Origin: Octopus bimaculoides
Lineage: Eukaryota
Assembly: GCF_001194135.2 (NCBI RefSeq)
Contig: NC_068983.1
Span: 77,139,571-77,203,570, forward strand
Direction: 5' to 3'
Length of the DNA: 64,000 nucleotides
Below, piece after piece: positions 1 through 12,765 of this stretch (the first letter of the stretch is position 1; the number at the start of each line of letters is the position of its first letter). The position numbers and the translations under genes were made by a program. Under the pieces are notes generated by a model. The model was not told the origin of the DNA, did not search any database, and worked only from the letters and a program-made list of their open reading frames with translations.

Positions 1-229
1 ATATATATATATATATATATACACATATATATATGTAACCTGATACTTTTCATGTGATGATTTTTTTCTCGTGATCTATGATTGATGAAATTTAACTGAA
101 AAACTTATTTGAACATATGCATGGGAATTGATTATATGCGTTTATACGCAAGGATGAATTGTTGTCTTTTTTGTACTTGGGATTTGACTAGACAATATGT
201 TTTGTGCTAGAACACATTTCATTACAGTA

Positions 230-1030
230 TCACATTGTTACAAAAGTACTTTTGCGTAGAATATATAACATTTTATGAATACTCTGACGATAAATTGCAT
301 AGAACAATTTCTCATGTAAACATAGTCTTTGTTTCAATTTCATATCATTGTGCAAATATTATGTCGTGCGATAGTAACTTAATAGGAGACGAAGTTTACA
401 AAAGCCATATCGATGGCACAGGCGTAAACCAACAAAAGTTACGGATAACTACATCTATATTGTAAATCCATCTTTTCTCTGGAATTTATAATCAACGAGT
501 AGGAATTAAGAAAAGAATGTGATGTATTGTGATCTAAAATGTTTCAATATTATTTCTTCGAAGGAGTGAGTACCATGTGAATATTATTTGGAGACGGATC
601 TGGAATCTTTTATTTCTTATGATAGGTATACTATTTAATTTCACAAATTTGAACTGTTTAATGCAAATCATTAATACAAACTTCTAATATTTCCAATTTT
701 CTCAAACTTTGAAGGTAAAGAAAACGATCACATTTTATATCACAGCAAAGTTCTAATGAAAATTCATGTCCTATTGATAACCTGATTTACCGAGTAAAGA
801 ATGAAAATGAAAAGCGAATGACCATGAATGATATACGAATTTGGTTACATTTTGAGGTGGGGAAGCTAATAGTAAATAAGGTGGAGACCTGCAGACTTGA
901 ACAGCTGGTAAGCAATCCGAGAGCGAAATCCCTGAATTACTTTCAAGATATACATGAAAGTACTTGTAAGTCACGAATGTTGATAATGCCTCGGAGAAAA
1001 TTAAGAAAATTATAAAAGTATCAAGTACCA
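230..1030 (-). pseudogene. Decayed Ig-domain remnants (IgSF receptor fragment)
   Basis: Minus-strand hand translation gives FCWFTPVPSIW (C..P.PsI.W, 405-422) and QVLSCIS near 945-965. Multiple stops. Confidence 0.35.
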
Positions 1031-1648
1031 GCTTGTGTAAGTAATCAATAGATGTATCACAAAGATTATTAGTCGATATAGTGAACTTATATATAGTAAA
1101 GATGTAATTACATATACATATGAGGAAATTAGAAGTTTCGAAAGACTCACCAGATTTGAAGTATAATTTAATTTAGTCTACAAGTCATATTTCGATGCAA
1201 TTTTCTACACATGCACTCACAGTGTGTATATGAAATTCTAATTTTCAATCTACCGCGCAAACGCAGCTCTTTGTCGGCAGTAAATAAACATAATGCCGGT
1301 GCTTCATTCGAAAATTTTGCAGAAAAAGTTATCAATAATTAGTAATATCACTGTAATAAGAACTATTAGAAATTTCTACTACCAGTGGCATGGCGTGTAA
1401 AACAATTTAGTCAATAGACTATATATTATTCATACAAATACAGTGTACATTTAAATACATAAAAGGTATCTGTCATTGGATTCCTTCCACGCTAGAAGGA
1501 ACAGCTAAAATCCAAACCCCACTATTAGGGATAAACTTCGAAGGGAATGAAGAATAAAAACATTTACCACCTATCTCATGGACCATGATTCCCAACTTTT
1601 TAGTAAACAAAATTATTTGCTCGGTGAAGTCTTCATCAGCAAGTACAT

Positions 1649-1920
1649 ATAAGCACGAGGCAATCCAGCATATGCTCCGTGCCTATGCATTCTAATTTTT
1701 CATATCTAACGAGCAAGCACGGGGTAGACCAGTGGTAGTAGAAATTACTAACATTTCTTATTACCCTGATATTATTAATTATTGATAATTTCTTTGGAAA
1801 ATCTTCGAATGAAACGCTGGCATTATTTTTATTTACTGCCGACAAGCAGCTGCGCTTGCGCGGTAGATTTGAAAAATCAATGTATAAGCACGGGCATAAG
1901 CTGGATTGCTTTGTGCCTAT
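1649..1920. mobile_element. MITE-like element with ~38-bp imperfect terminal inverted repeats
   Basis: Left end ATAAGCACGAGGCAATCCAGCATATGCTCCGTGCCTAT (1649-1686) matches the reverse complement of 1884-1920 (ATAGGCACAAAGCAATCCAGCTTATGCCCGTGCTTAT). TA context at both ends, no ORF. Confidence 0.55.
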
Positions 1921-2033
1921 ATGTTTAAACTCTAATAGTGGTTTCAATTTTAGCTGTTCCTTCTAGCGTGCAAGGAATCCTATAACGGATACCTCTTATG
2001 TATTTAAATGTACACAGTATATATATATATATA

Positions 2034-2423
2034 GGCGCAGGATTCGCTGTGCGGTAAGATGTCTGCTCCTCAACCACATATTTCCGGGTTCAGTCTTAAG
2101 TGGTACCTTAGGCAAGTGTCTTCTACTTTAACCTTGAGCCGCCAAGCCTTGTGAGTGGAGTTGGTGGACGGAAACTGAAAGAAGCCCGTCGTTTATATAT
2201 ATAAATATATATGTGTGTGTGCGTGTTTTTAGTCTGTGTTTGCTCCCCACCATCGCTTCACAAATGATATGCATGTGTCTACCTCCCCATAACATTAGCA
2301 GTTCGGTAAAGAGCCCGATAAACTGAGTACTACAAAGAATAAATTCTGCTGTCGATTTGTTCGATAAAAGACGGTGCTCCACCATGGGTCTATTTTAATA
2401 ACTGAAGCAAGAAAATGATAAAA

Positions 2424-2424
<1 letters not shown>
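2034..2424 (+). mobile_element. tRNA-derived SINE, octopod family A
   Basis: GGCGCAGG head, B-box-like GGGTTCAGTC, CCTTAGGCAAGTGTCTTCTAC core, GGAAACTGAAAGAAGCCCGTCG, internal TA/TG tract. A homologous copy lies at 52620-52890. Confidence 0.8.
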
Positions 2425-2454
<30 letters not shown>

Positions 2455-4566
2455 NNNNNNNNNNNNNNNNNNNNNNNNNNNNNNNNNNNNNNNNNNNNNN
2501 NNNNNNNNNNNNNNNNNNNNNNNNNNNNNNNNNNNNNNNNNNNNNNNNNNNNNNNNNNNNNNNNNNNNNNNNNNNNNNNNNNNNNNNNNNNNNNNNNNNN
2601 NNNNNNNNNNNNNNNNNNNNNNNNNNNNNNNNNNNNNNNNNNNNNNNNNNNNNNNNNNNNNNNNNNNNNNNNNNNNNNNNNNNNNNNNNNNNNNNNNNNN
2701 NNNNNNNNNNNNNNNNNNNNNNNNNNNNNNNNNNNNNNNNNNNNNNNNNNNNNNNNNNNNNNNNNNNNNNNNNNNNNNNNNNNNNNNNNNNNNNNNNNNN
2801 NNNNNNNNNNNNNNNNNNNNNNNNNNNNNNNNNNNNNNNNNNNNNNNNNNNNNNNNNNNNNNNNNNNNNNNNNNNNNNNNNNNNNNNNNNNNNNNNNNNN
2901 NNNNNNNNNNNNNNNNNNNNNNNNNNNNNNNNNNNNNNNNNNNNNNNNNNNNNNNNNNNNNNNNNNNNNNNNNNNNNNNNNNNNNNNNNNNNNNNNNNNN
3001 NNNNNNNNNNNNNNNNNNNNNNNNNNNNNNNNNNNNNNNNNNNNNNNNNNNNNNNNNNNNNNNNNNNNNNNNNNNNNNNNNNNNNNNNNNNNNNNNNNNT
3101 ATATATATATATATGTATGTATACACACGCACATATATACAAGCACATACACACACATATAACCAATCAAATTTTAATCACCTATAGTTCTTTCAAGGAA
3201 TCGTAATCAGATGTTAATTGCTGCCTGTTATATGAATTGTACGCAGCATTGCATTAAAGGGGTTTAACAATAGCTGAATACGTACGCAACCTCGGTTGAC
3301 GAATGTCAGAATATTTCTTGAACTCTTATCGTCATGGCTCTACCATGTTCAGCAACAATTACACTAAACCGAATAATTTTAGTTTACTCCGGTATCCGGA
3401 TTACATATCTAATCCAAATCTAGCACCTCCATAAATTTAGTCCTCACTTTTTGACAAGCATATGCGGAAGCTGTCCTATGTAGCATCAAATAACCTGGAA
3501 TACCATATTCAAAAACTCCAAGCAAGCACAAATACTAACAATATGGTCTAGAATAAACTTGGTTCCCGTAAATAGAGATAACAGTAATAATGAAGGCCAT
3601 AATCAAAGCAGTTCAAACGATTCTAATACAAGTATTAATATCAATATTAAGATATATAATATAAATAACGACAGGAAAGGCGTAATTACTATTGATAAGG
3701 ACATCGGGAATAACAGTGATGATACGGTGATAACAGTGCCGCTAATAAATAGATATAAAACAGAGTAAGATAGATAATATCCCTATGTGAAATAGTACAC
3801 TACAAAATTGTAATTTCAAAAATAATGAAGCATATCCTGTAGCAATCGAGGGCTTGGCTGGAAACGTTGTGTACCAACGTGCAGTAGAAACTATTGCGTA
3901 TGTATTTGCATAATGTGTAAGCTACGACAATATACATGTGTATATATATATATATAGAAAGAGAGAGAGAAAGATAGATATATATGTATGTATGTATCTA
4001 TCTATCGATATATATATATATATATACATATATATATNNNNNNNNNNNNNNNNNNNNNNNNNNNNNNNNNNNNNNNNNNNNNNNNNNNNNNNNNNNNNNN
4101 NNNNNNNNNNNNNNNNNNNNNNNNNNNNNNNNNNNNNNNNNNNNNNNNNNNNNNNNNNNNNNNNNNNNNNNNNNNNNNNNNNNNNNNNNNNNNNNNNNNN
4201 NNNNNNNNNNNNNNNNNNNNNNNNNNNNNNNNNNNNNNNNNNNNNNNNNNNNNNNNNNNNNNNNNNNNNNNNNNNNNNNNNNNNNNNNNNNNNNNNNNNN
4301 NNNNNNNNNNNNNNNNNNNNNNNNNNNNNNNNNNNNNNNNNNNNNNNNNNNNNNNNNNNNNNNNNNNNNNNNNNNNNNNNNNNNNNNNNNNNNNNNNNNN
4401 NNNNNNNNNNNNNNNNNNNNNNNNNNNNNNNNNNNNNNNNNNNNNNNNNNNNNNNNNNNNNNNNNNNNNNNNNNNNNNNNNNNNNNNNNNNNNNNNNNNN
4501 NNNNNNNNNNNNNNNNNNNNNNNNNNNNNNNNNNNNNNNNNNNNNNNNNNNNNNNNNNNNNNNNNN

Positions 4567-6345
4567 ATGTTTCAAGAATTGTTTTAAACTTAGGTGCTTG
4601 TCAATCAATCGGCGTCGAATAGGAAACGTTTGCGAATAGCTGCGTAAAATTTGGTTTTTTACCACTAACCTCTGCCGTTCCGATACCGATTCGCTTCAAA
4701 TTTGACAAGAATATCATCCATGAGTAATTGACTGTTTTAAATTAATGTTTTGTCAAGTTTATTCGCATTACATTTGCAATTTACTGGATTGGGGCAGTTT
4801 TACCGCGCTGATTTGATCTGTGTACATTAGTGTTTACTTAACCCTCTCCCCTTATTATCGCCTACGGTTTTTAATTACCTTATGCTCAAGGTGTGATAAC
4901 AGGTGAATTGCGAACATGACCTTTGACATGTGGGCGTGAAGACTATTCATGCGCACCCCGTTTTTGGATCTGTGTACATTAGTCTCTACTTAAACCTCCC
5001 TATTATGGCCTACGGCCATTATATCCCCCCTCTTCCGACTCTTATTTGGTGTGAATGACTGCGTTTACCACGTCCTCAGTGTTTACTCACCTCCCTTCCT
5101 CCCACCATTAACGCCGACGATCATAATCTTCACCACCGTTTTCATTAATGAAATTATGTCAATGGTCTGCTAATAAGGGGTGAAATGTGAACATGAACTT
5201 CGACCCATGCACGTGAACACTGTAATGAACCCGTCAAATTAACTCTTTAACTGAATTTCATCGGTCGGTCACTGTTCACCTGATTATGTCAGTGTCAAAT
5301 TGTAATTATTGATGCGATTATGTGCATATCTGATACGTGCCTCGGCTTACAGGTTAGGCCCACCATTTGACTTACATTATTGCTTTAACTTCATACTACC
5401 TTTGGGATGTTTATCGTTGTCCCCATCCTCAATTATGTTATCTCCTTCGTACTGTTGCCACCTAAGAGTTTTTACCTTATGTGTCGTTATTTTGTATTCA
5501 TTTTCTTTGTATCAATATAGCTAACTGTCTGTCCCTGCTTCCACCTTCTTTGAATTATACGTTTAGTAGGTTCACATTTTATATGTCGTGCCAAATTTGT
5601 TTTTCGGTGCCCCATTTGGTCATTTCTTTAAAACTCGCAAATTAAAAGCATAGTCCAATACTACCACCATGCCACAAAGTAAAACTGAGTCTGCTGCGGA
5701 CGCCAAAAGAAGGATAGCGAGGGATGCTCAATAGTTAGAAGCAAACACGATTTATTCATGCTTGCCCCTAATGGTAAAACGAAAAATGTATACAGAGAAG
5801 TGTTGTAGGCATTTCATGCGCCAACTACTTTCGATTTCATGAACCTCGGTGCCTCCACCACACTAGTACAACCTGGCAGACCTGATATGTGCTGAATGCT
5901 ACTGTAGTCATGATTTCAAAGTTACTCACTTTCCTCAATCATGTTTCTTCTCCTTTGTCCAACCTGGGTTTATCATCTTTTTTCACTGAGTTTCACATTT
6001 CAAAATAACGGGTCCGTTGCTTTCGGTGTAATCGAAAAAGATGCCCCTTTCAGGGCCATTTTACATACATCTGTTACACCACCTGTGAACGCATTACAGC
6101 CCTTTTCCGGGCTTTTTATCAAAGTTTTACCCCTTTGAGAACAAGGAAAAAGGTCTTTTTAGGGCTACTTCACCTCTGATTGTTACACCATCTGAAAACG
6201 CATAAAAGCCCTTCTCAGGACTTCATGTCAAAATGTTACCGCTTGGCTTCAGCGGTACCGGGGGACCAATTTTGTTACAATTTGCGACAATTTTGTTATA
6301 ATTTTGTTACAGTAACCGACCAATTTTGTTACAATTTGGTGGTAA
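4567..6345. mobile_element. Unclassified GC-richer repeat-bearing element (possible DNA transposon/Helitron derivative)
   Basis: Internal direct repeats (4815-4870 vs 4967-5015; 6052-6131 vs 6161-6240), four CAATTTTGTTA motifs at 6267-6325, and a hairpin TACCGCT..AGCGGTA near 6238-6258. Left end is lost in a gap. Confidence 0.35.
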
Positions 6346-6696
6346 CGTTATTTATACCATAGGAAATTTACTAAGTATGAACAAACACTGTAGTATTTGA
6401 ATCCTGAGCCACGATGGGTACTTCTACTAATATTTATATACATAGGCGCACGCACACAAAATGTAATTTCGCAATAGTTTGTATGTGCATAAAATCGTTT
6501 GGTTACAAGTGAATTAAGTACAAGATAGTTGTATTTTGTCATTAGATAATCTATGGATATTTGCGCACTTTCACATGTTTGTCCTGTATCAGAAAACAGT
6601 CTAAAATATAAATAATATATTAAAATTTTGTATACACACATACAAACATATAGAATACATAATACAGGATACATATATATATATATATATATATAT

Positions 6697-6781
6697 ATGA
6701 TAATAATAATAATATTAATAATAATAATAATAATAATATTAATAATAATAATAATAATGATAATAATAATAATAATAATAT
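6697..6781. repeat. (AAT)n microsatellite following (TA)n
   Basis: Direct reading. Confidence 0.95.
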
Positions 6782-7056
6782 TCGGGATAAAATCCAAATT
6801 TACAAATAAAAGCTTATTTATACTTATTTATCGTGTATTTAATTATTAATATNNNNNNNNNNNNNNNNNNNNNNNNNNNNNNNNNNNNNNNNNNNNNNNN
6901 NNNNNNNNNNNNNNNNNNNNNNNNNNNNNNNNNNNNNNNNNNNNNNNNNNNNNNNNNNNNNNNNNNNNNNNNNNNNNNNNNNNNNNNNNNNNNNNNNNNN
7001 NNNNNNNNNNNNNNNNNNNNNNNNNNNNNNNNNNNNNNNNNNNNNNNNNNNNNNNN

Positions 7057-7091
<35 letters not shown>

Positions 7092-8934
7092 ATAATGCTC
7101 AACACCAAATTGGTGGGTAAATATCGTCTAGCTGTGTGTTAAAAATGTAAGCAATGGTTTCTTGTAAAGTGAGAGCTCTTTACAGTTTTTAAGTGTACCA
7201 TATGGGAACGTTAGTACTCATCTACATTTCGGAGGAGCATACACAATTTTATATAAAATCTTCCGTTAATTACATTCTACCCTGTGTCAAATTAGGTATT
7301 CTCATGCGTTACTTGTAGGGATGAAGTATTCTTCACACGATATGCCATCTGTGTCTTGCAGATGTTAGGATTTACTTGTAGATTATATAGGGTATTCCTT
7401 GTGATTTGCAGGCAATAGAAGAGAAGCTACTCAAAAGCCGTTGGATAAAATATTTAACTGCTGTGAATACCCACTAACATCTCTTATGCGAAGTCATGAA
7501 ATATATTTACCAGTCATTATTAATAAATATTTAGCAACAAAGTTCTTCCAAATGAAATGATTCGCGAATTTACTGTAAAATACGCAACTATGTAATATGA
7601 TTTTCAATTGTATATGTCATATTATAGTATCACAGATCCTTACATATACAGTAATACAATAAAATATTTCAATATTTTGAGACTTAATATCATCATTCAC
7701 ACAACATTACACGTTGTCCTGGTGATAGGGTTAACTTGTCCAGATAAATTGTTCTATGGAGGCACAATTTGCTGCAAGTTCTTCATAGCTGATCATGCCA
7801 AACGGATTCCACTTGACGAAGAATTAAAGTATGCGACATCTATTTATAAAATGTTCGTTTGCAGGATACTTTAATATGTAGATATGTTCGATTATTTGTA
7901 TAGATCGACTCTTTCATTGCATCTGAAATATTCATGTTTGAAAGAACGAAAAACTTTTCTTCCTGAATTAAAAGTTTAGTATTTCTCAATAGTATCATTG
8001 AAACGCATTTAATCTAATTCGTAATTAATTATCCTCCGGACCAAATGTATCTTTCATTTGAAATATTGGAATAGTTTCGATATAAGGATTAAAAACGCCC
8101 GCTTTCATCAATTATTGTTTTAATATATCACAAAAGTATATTCATGTTAGAATTATATAATTAGAAATGCAACATTACTTGAAATATTCCATTCCATAAC
8201 TCAAAAATTTTTAACAGCATGTTATATTTCTGTGAATTTGTCGAATCATAATTTGGGGAGAAGACGTTTTGCCTCACCACTAGTCCATGATTTGATTTTC
8301 ATAAAATTGAGTATCACTCATACTTTGTCTTATTATCTGCAAATCCCGTTTTTCTTGACGAAGGCATCCGTTTAGAAAAAGATATTATTATTTTGACAGA
8401 TTTCATTGATACAATTCGGCGCTTCGTATTTCGCAATTTCATTCAGAGTATAAAATATATTTTTCAGGTTACAAAGATCATTTCTAAGACTGAGAATATC
8501 AATTCAAATGGTTCCTTTTTATTACGTTGCAAATATGTTATTCGACATTCGTAGGTTGAGATATGTTGTAAATGTATTTGTTTGTGCGCTCATACTGACA
8601 GAGAACATATGTCTGGTACATCTCTTTCACAAGTGTAAAGAAGTGTTGCATCAGTATGGTTACAATTATTTCGAGTCTCCTCTATGCAGTTTCAGATAAG
8701 CAACTTTTAAACGTTTCTTTTTTTTTGTTTTTCGCGTATCATTTAACAATGTTGTTGGTAAACAATGTTTCGCCTTAGGAGAGAATATACTCCTGTCAAA
8801 ATGTCACGTAATAAATGAAACAAAAATATACACAAAATTTTGCAAGAACACTGATGGTAGACCACTGAAGAGATTGTGACAAACATGAGATAAATCCAAT
8901 GTGAGAACATAGTGGATCTATAATGAAACATGCG

Positions 8935-8938
<4 letters not shown>

Positions 8939-8994
<56 letters not shown>

Positions 8995-8998
8995 TATA
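8939..8998. repeat. (TA)n microsatellite
   Basis: Direct reading. Confidence 0.95.
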
Positions 8999-11459
8999 CT
9001 AAGGTCATTTATATCACTTCATACAATATGTATTTATTCTTACTCTTTATTGATAATATATTTACTTTTTACAAATCAGGAATGCTACAAGAACTACCAG
9101 AGCATAAGGTAACATAATATGTGCGTATTATATTATTTTGTGTGTTTACTGCTCTACCTTAGAACTTTTGTGACACTGGCAGCAGTTTTATATAATGTGT
9201 GCATTACCGATTTTGAAGTTGGGTGCTGTGTTCCATAGTACCCGAAGTAACTTAGAAGTTATGTATAATGTATATCCAATATGTTACATGCTAAATACCA
9301 TCTTAATTGTCTATAGGACAAAGCCGGTTTTCCTAGGTTGCATACTCAGAAAAATGCCCGTAAGCAGCAATACAATAAATGGATTAATTAGTGTTGGCAT
9401 TTTCTTTTCATTAACTGACATATATCCCGATATTTCTATCGCAGAAGTAAAGGTCAGTTTTGTGAGAAATAAAAGTGATTATGGAACAGATAGGTCCTCT
9501 AGCTCAAATGGTATTTTATTGTTTAACACATTTAAATATTGAATATATACGCTCCTAAGAATATGAATACGAATACTTGGACATTAGCTATTAATGTTCA
9601 ATAGAAGGTTAGTGTGGTTTTTATGGTTAAATGGACACTACTGCCACGATTTGGACGTAAATAAAATCCAGGAGAAAAACATAGTGCGGAATCAGGGTGC
9701 TTTTTATTGCATAACAGATTTCGGAACAGACTGTGAAGGTAGTTTGACATGAATCTTTGCCAAATATGCCACACCACCTACAGTCATAGGGTGCTAATTT
9801 GATGATGTAATAATGGTAAGTGGTAGATGCAATGGTAACAGAAATATCTGTGTTTTTTTTTACACAAATCTCGTGAAAGTTAGAATCTGACATTTTGTAA
9901 GATGCTTTCAAATCACATTAATTTGAACTTTTCATCACATACAAACGTGTTGGCAATTTGTTTGTTTTTCCAATATTCACAGATTGGAAAGAAAAATATT
10001 TAAAAACTTAATTGTTTGCGAGAAGCCGCTTACAGATAACTGCATTGCTAGCGCCAGATAATCCTATAATAAAGGTATGAATCAACTCACAGAGTCTTGC
10101 ATCAACATTTGACATTTATTACAAAACAAAAAAAAAACAAGTACTGTATCAAAGTGTCTCAGGATATGCACTTTGGAAACTGACAAGAACAAATGTCAGC
10201 AAACTTGAGATGACTGGAAGTAGTTTGGGTTTCCTGGGAATGTTTTGTCATAAATCTATGTGACTGATGCTGAAGTACCATCCGCTAACGCTGTAGTTAG
10301 TGTAGCTTTCGGACATTTTATGCGAAGAGTGTGCAGTAGCCCAGGTTCTCGCTTACATGAGTATCATAATTAAATTTTACAATGCCGTCAACCTTGTATC
10401 TATTCTACTTTACTTTGCACGCTCTATCTTTTCCACTTGTATTCTTAAAGCAACATTTTAAGCCTAAAGTTGCAGAACGGTTCCTACTATATAGGTTTTC
10501 ATATGTGCTTGTCCTCTCTTTGCTAAGACAACGAAAATCCAGTTATATCTAGTCCTCCTTCATATCAGCATGCCTAAATAAAAACATTAGTCTATTCTAA
10601 GCTTACAAATGACTGGTATAGTATGTGCTCATCTAGTAAAAGATTCATAAATAGCACTGCAAATATCTTTGAGAAGAGATGTAGCGAGATGAAAGTGTGT
10701 TGAACTATTTCCAAGCTTCGGTCAACGTTGCCATAAACGGCATTAAGCTGTAGTGAAGATTTAATGGAGAGTTAATGGACAAACTTTGCACATCCGGTTG
10801 TTGATTGGGGTTGTGAAAAACCTGATATGCTTAAAGTTATGTACTAAAAAAACGTTTCCTTAGTAAATTTATTGACAGAATTTTTCTTTACATGCTACCG
10901 AACTTTAAGAAGACAATATCTTGACGGTTTAATTTATAGGTAATGTATGTATTAGCAATAAACTTGGTCGGACTCCCTGTTATAGGTGCTTCAAATATAA
11001 GAAAAAGTGTGTCTGACATTGACTTGGAAGGCTTCAAGGAGATTTGGTTTGGTGTGTCACTTTGCACTAAATCATAATTCCGTCATATTGATGTGGGACA
11101 TGTCTATACGGGTGATCTGAATGTTAATCTAAATGAATATTAAAGGAGGCTGATAAGGAATTGTACTGAATACAGGACCTTGGTACGATAAATAGGTATA
11201 AATATGAGAAATTAATCTTAAAATCATTTAAGATTTTTACAGTATACATACAAACTCATGACGTAAGCGTCTGATTAATGGATAAAACAAGTCGTTAGTT
11301 AGACGTTGGAGCGTATTAAGAGCATGGATTAGATGATATATGGATATTCGGGTTTTCGTAAGCATCATATAGAGAAATATATTGATTTATTATAAGAAGA
11401 CATAAAAGCACAAACAGACATGGCACCGGGTATGTTTAGTTATGTAAGATATGTTATCT

Positions 11460-11640
11460 AATTATTTTGGTTTCATTGTTTAGCAGTAGCCTAGCAATTT
11501 CGGGTGAGTGCGTAGCTCAATTTCATCGACTCCAGTGTTCAACTGGAACTTATTATATCGGCCCCGAATGCATGAAGTGCGAAGTCGAATCCGACGGCAT
11601 TTGAACTCAGAATGTAAAGTTGGTTGAAAAGTCGCTCACC
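11460..11640 (-). mobile_element. SINE family B (Deu/Nin-type core), degraded
   Basis: Reverse complement contains TTCTGAGTTCAAATGCCG..TTCGGGGCCGATATAATAAGTTCCAG, similar to the copy at 30044-30263. Confidence 0.65.
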
Positions 11641-12324
11641 ATATTGTCAAAACTTTCACTTCTTAGTATGAAACTTCGTATTGATTAATTTATAGGTAAT
11701 GTATGTATGTACGTTTGGTTTTTGTTAATTATCTTATTGTCAACATCTCTTTTATCAAGTTTCACAGTCAATTACATTCAACCTCAAAATCACAATTAAT
11801 GACGTATAGAATATAAAGTAACAATACTTTCTTGCCATGATTATTTGCTATACAAGTACTATCAGAAAAGTACCCTGACAAATGGTATTGAAATAAGCCA
11901 TTATTGAAGTTCTTTTAATCCTTAGTTTTGTTTTTGTCTTTCTGGATCATTCTATTGTGCACTGGTAGGTCTGTTTATATTCTACTTTAGAAGAGAACTT
12001 TGAAGCAAAATCACTTGAAGCACTGGATTAAAATTATGGTCTTTAGCCGATAGCTAAACTCAAAGACAAAATGGGAATTATTCTCCGTGTATTTGTCAGA
12101 AGGCGGATTCATGCAGATGGATTATAAATATATATTAATGTATTAAATATGTAAGAATACTTTACGTTATTCAGTATAGTAGCTGATATATTTCGACATT
12201 AAGAATTATTTCGTTGGCATTGCTCTCAGAAGCCATGAGATTCACTGCCTAGTACTGCATCAGGGCATTGTCACTGCCTGATACTGCATCAGGGTATTAA
12301 GGTACTATATCAAGGAATTTATTA

Positions 12325-12341
12325 TTGTTGTTGTTATTAAT

Positions 12342-12375
<34 letters not shown>

Positions 12376-12396
12376 ATATTGTTGTTGTTGTCGTTG

Positions 12397-12457
<61 letters not shown>

Positions 12458-12462
12458 CTTCA

Positions 12463-12505
<43 letters not shown>

Positions 12506-12520
12506 CATTATCACCATCAT
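12325..12520. repeat. (ATT)n/(GTT)n compound microsatellite
   Basis: Direct reading. Confidence 0.95.
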
Positions 12521-12579
12521 CATGGTTCTTAATATTATTCCTATTCATATTATCATCATAACTATTATTGTAGTAATAG

Positions 12580-12765
12580 TAAATATTTCTTATACAGGCG
12601 CAAAACTTGAAATTTTGGTAAGGGGATAGTCATTAGATCAACCCCAGTGCGTAACTGGTACTTATTTTATCAACTCAAAGATGACTAAATGCAATATTAA
12701 CCGCGAGGAAGGAAGGACAAAATACCGCTAAGCATCTGGTCCGGCGTGCGAACTAACATAATAGC
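12580..12765 (-). mobile_element. SINE family B, internally deleted
   Basis: Reverse complement has GCACGCCGGACCAGATGCTTAGCGGTATT and AAGTACCAGTTACGCACTGGGGTTGATCTAAT. Confidence 0.65.

Larger units (their letters stand above)
3190..8700 (-). pseudogene. Decayed Ig(V)-Ig(C2)-Ig-Ig-Ig...FN3 receptor gene
   Basis: Minus strand: YTCERDVPDICSLSV...ISTYECRITY (8533-8637), NHGLVV (~8280), ILKYPA (~7865), IACKSQGIP (7390-7416), KIVYAPP (7230-7250), FN3-like YGGARF (~3420) and TIHITGSN (3217-3240). Many stops and frameshifts, interrupted by gaps and a repeat element. Confidence 0.6.
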
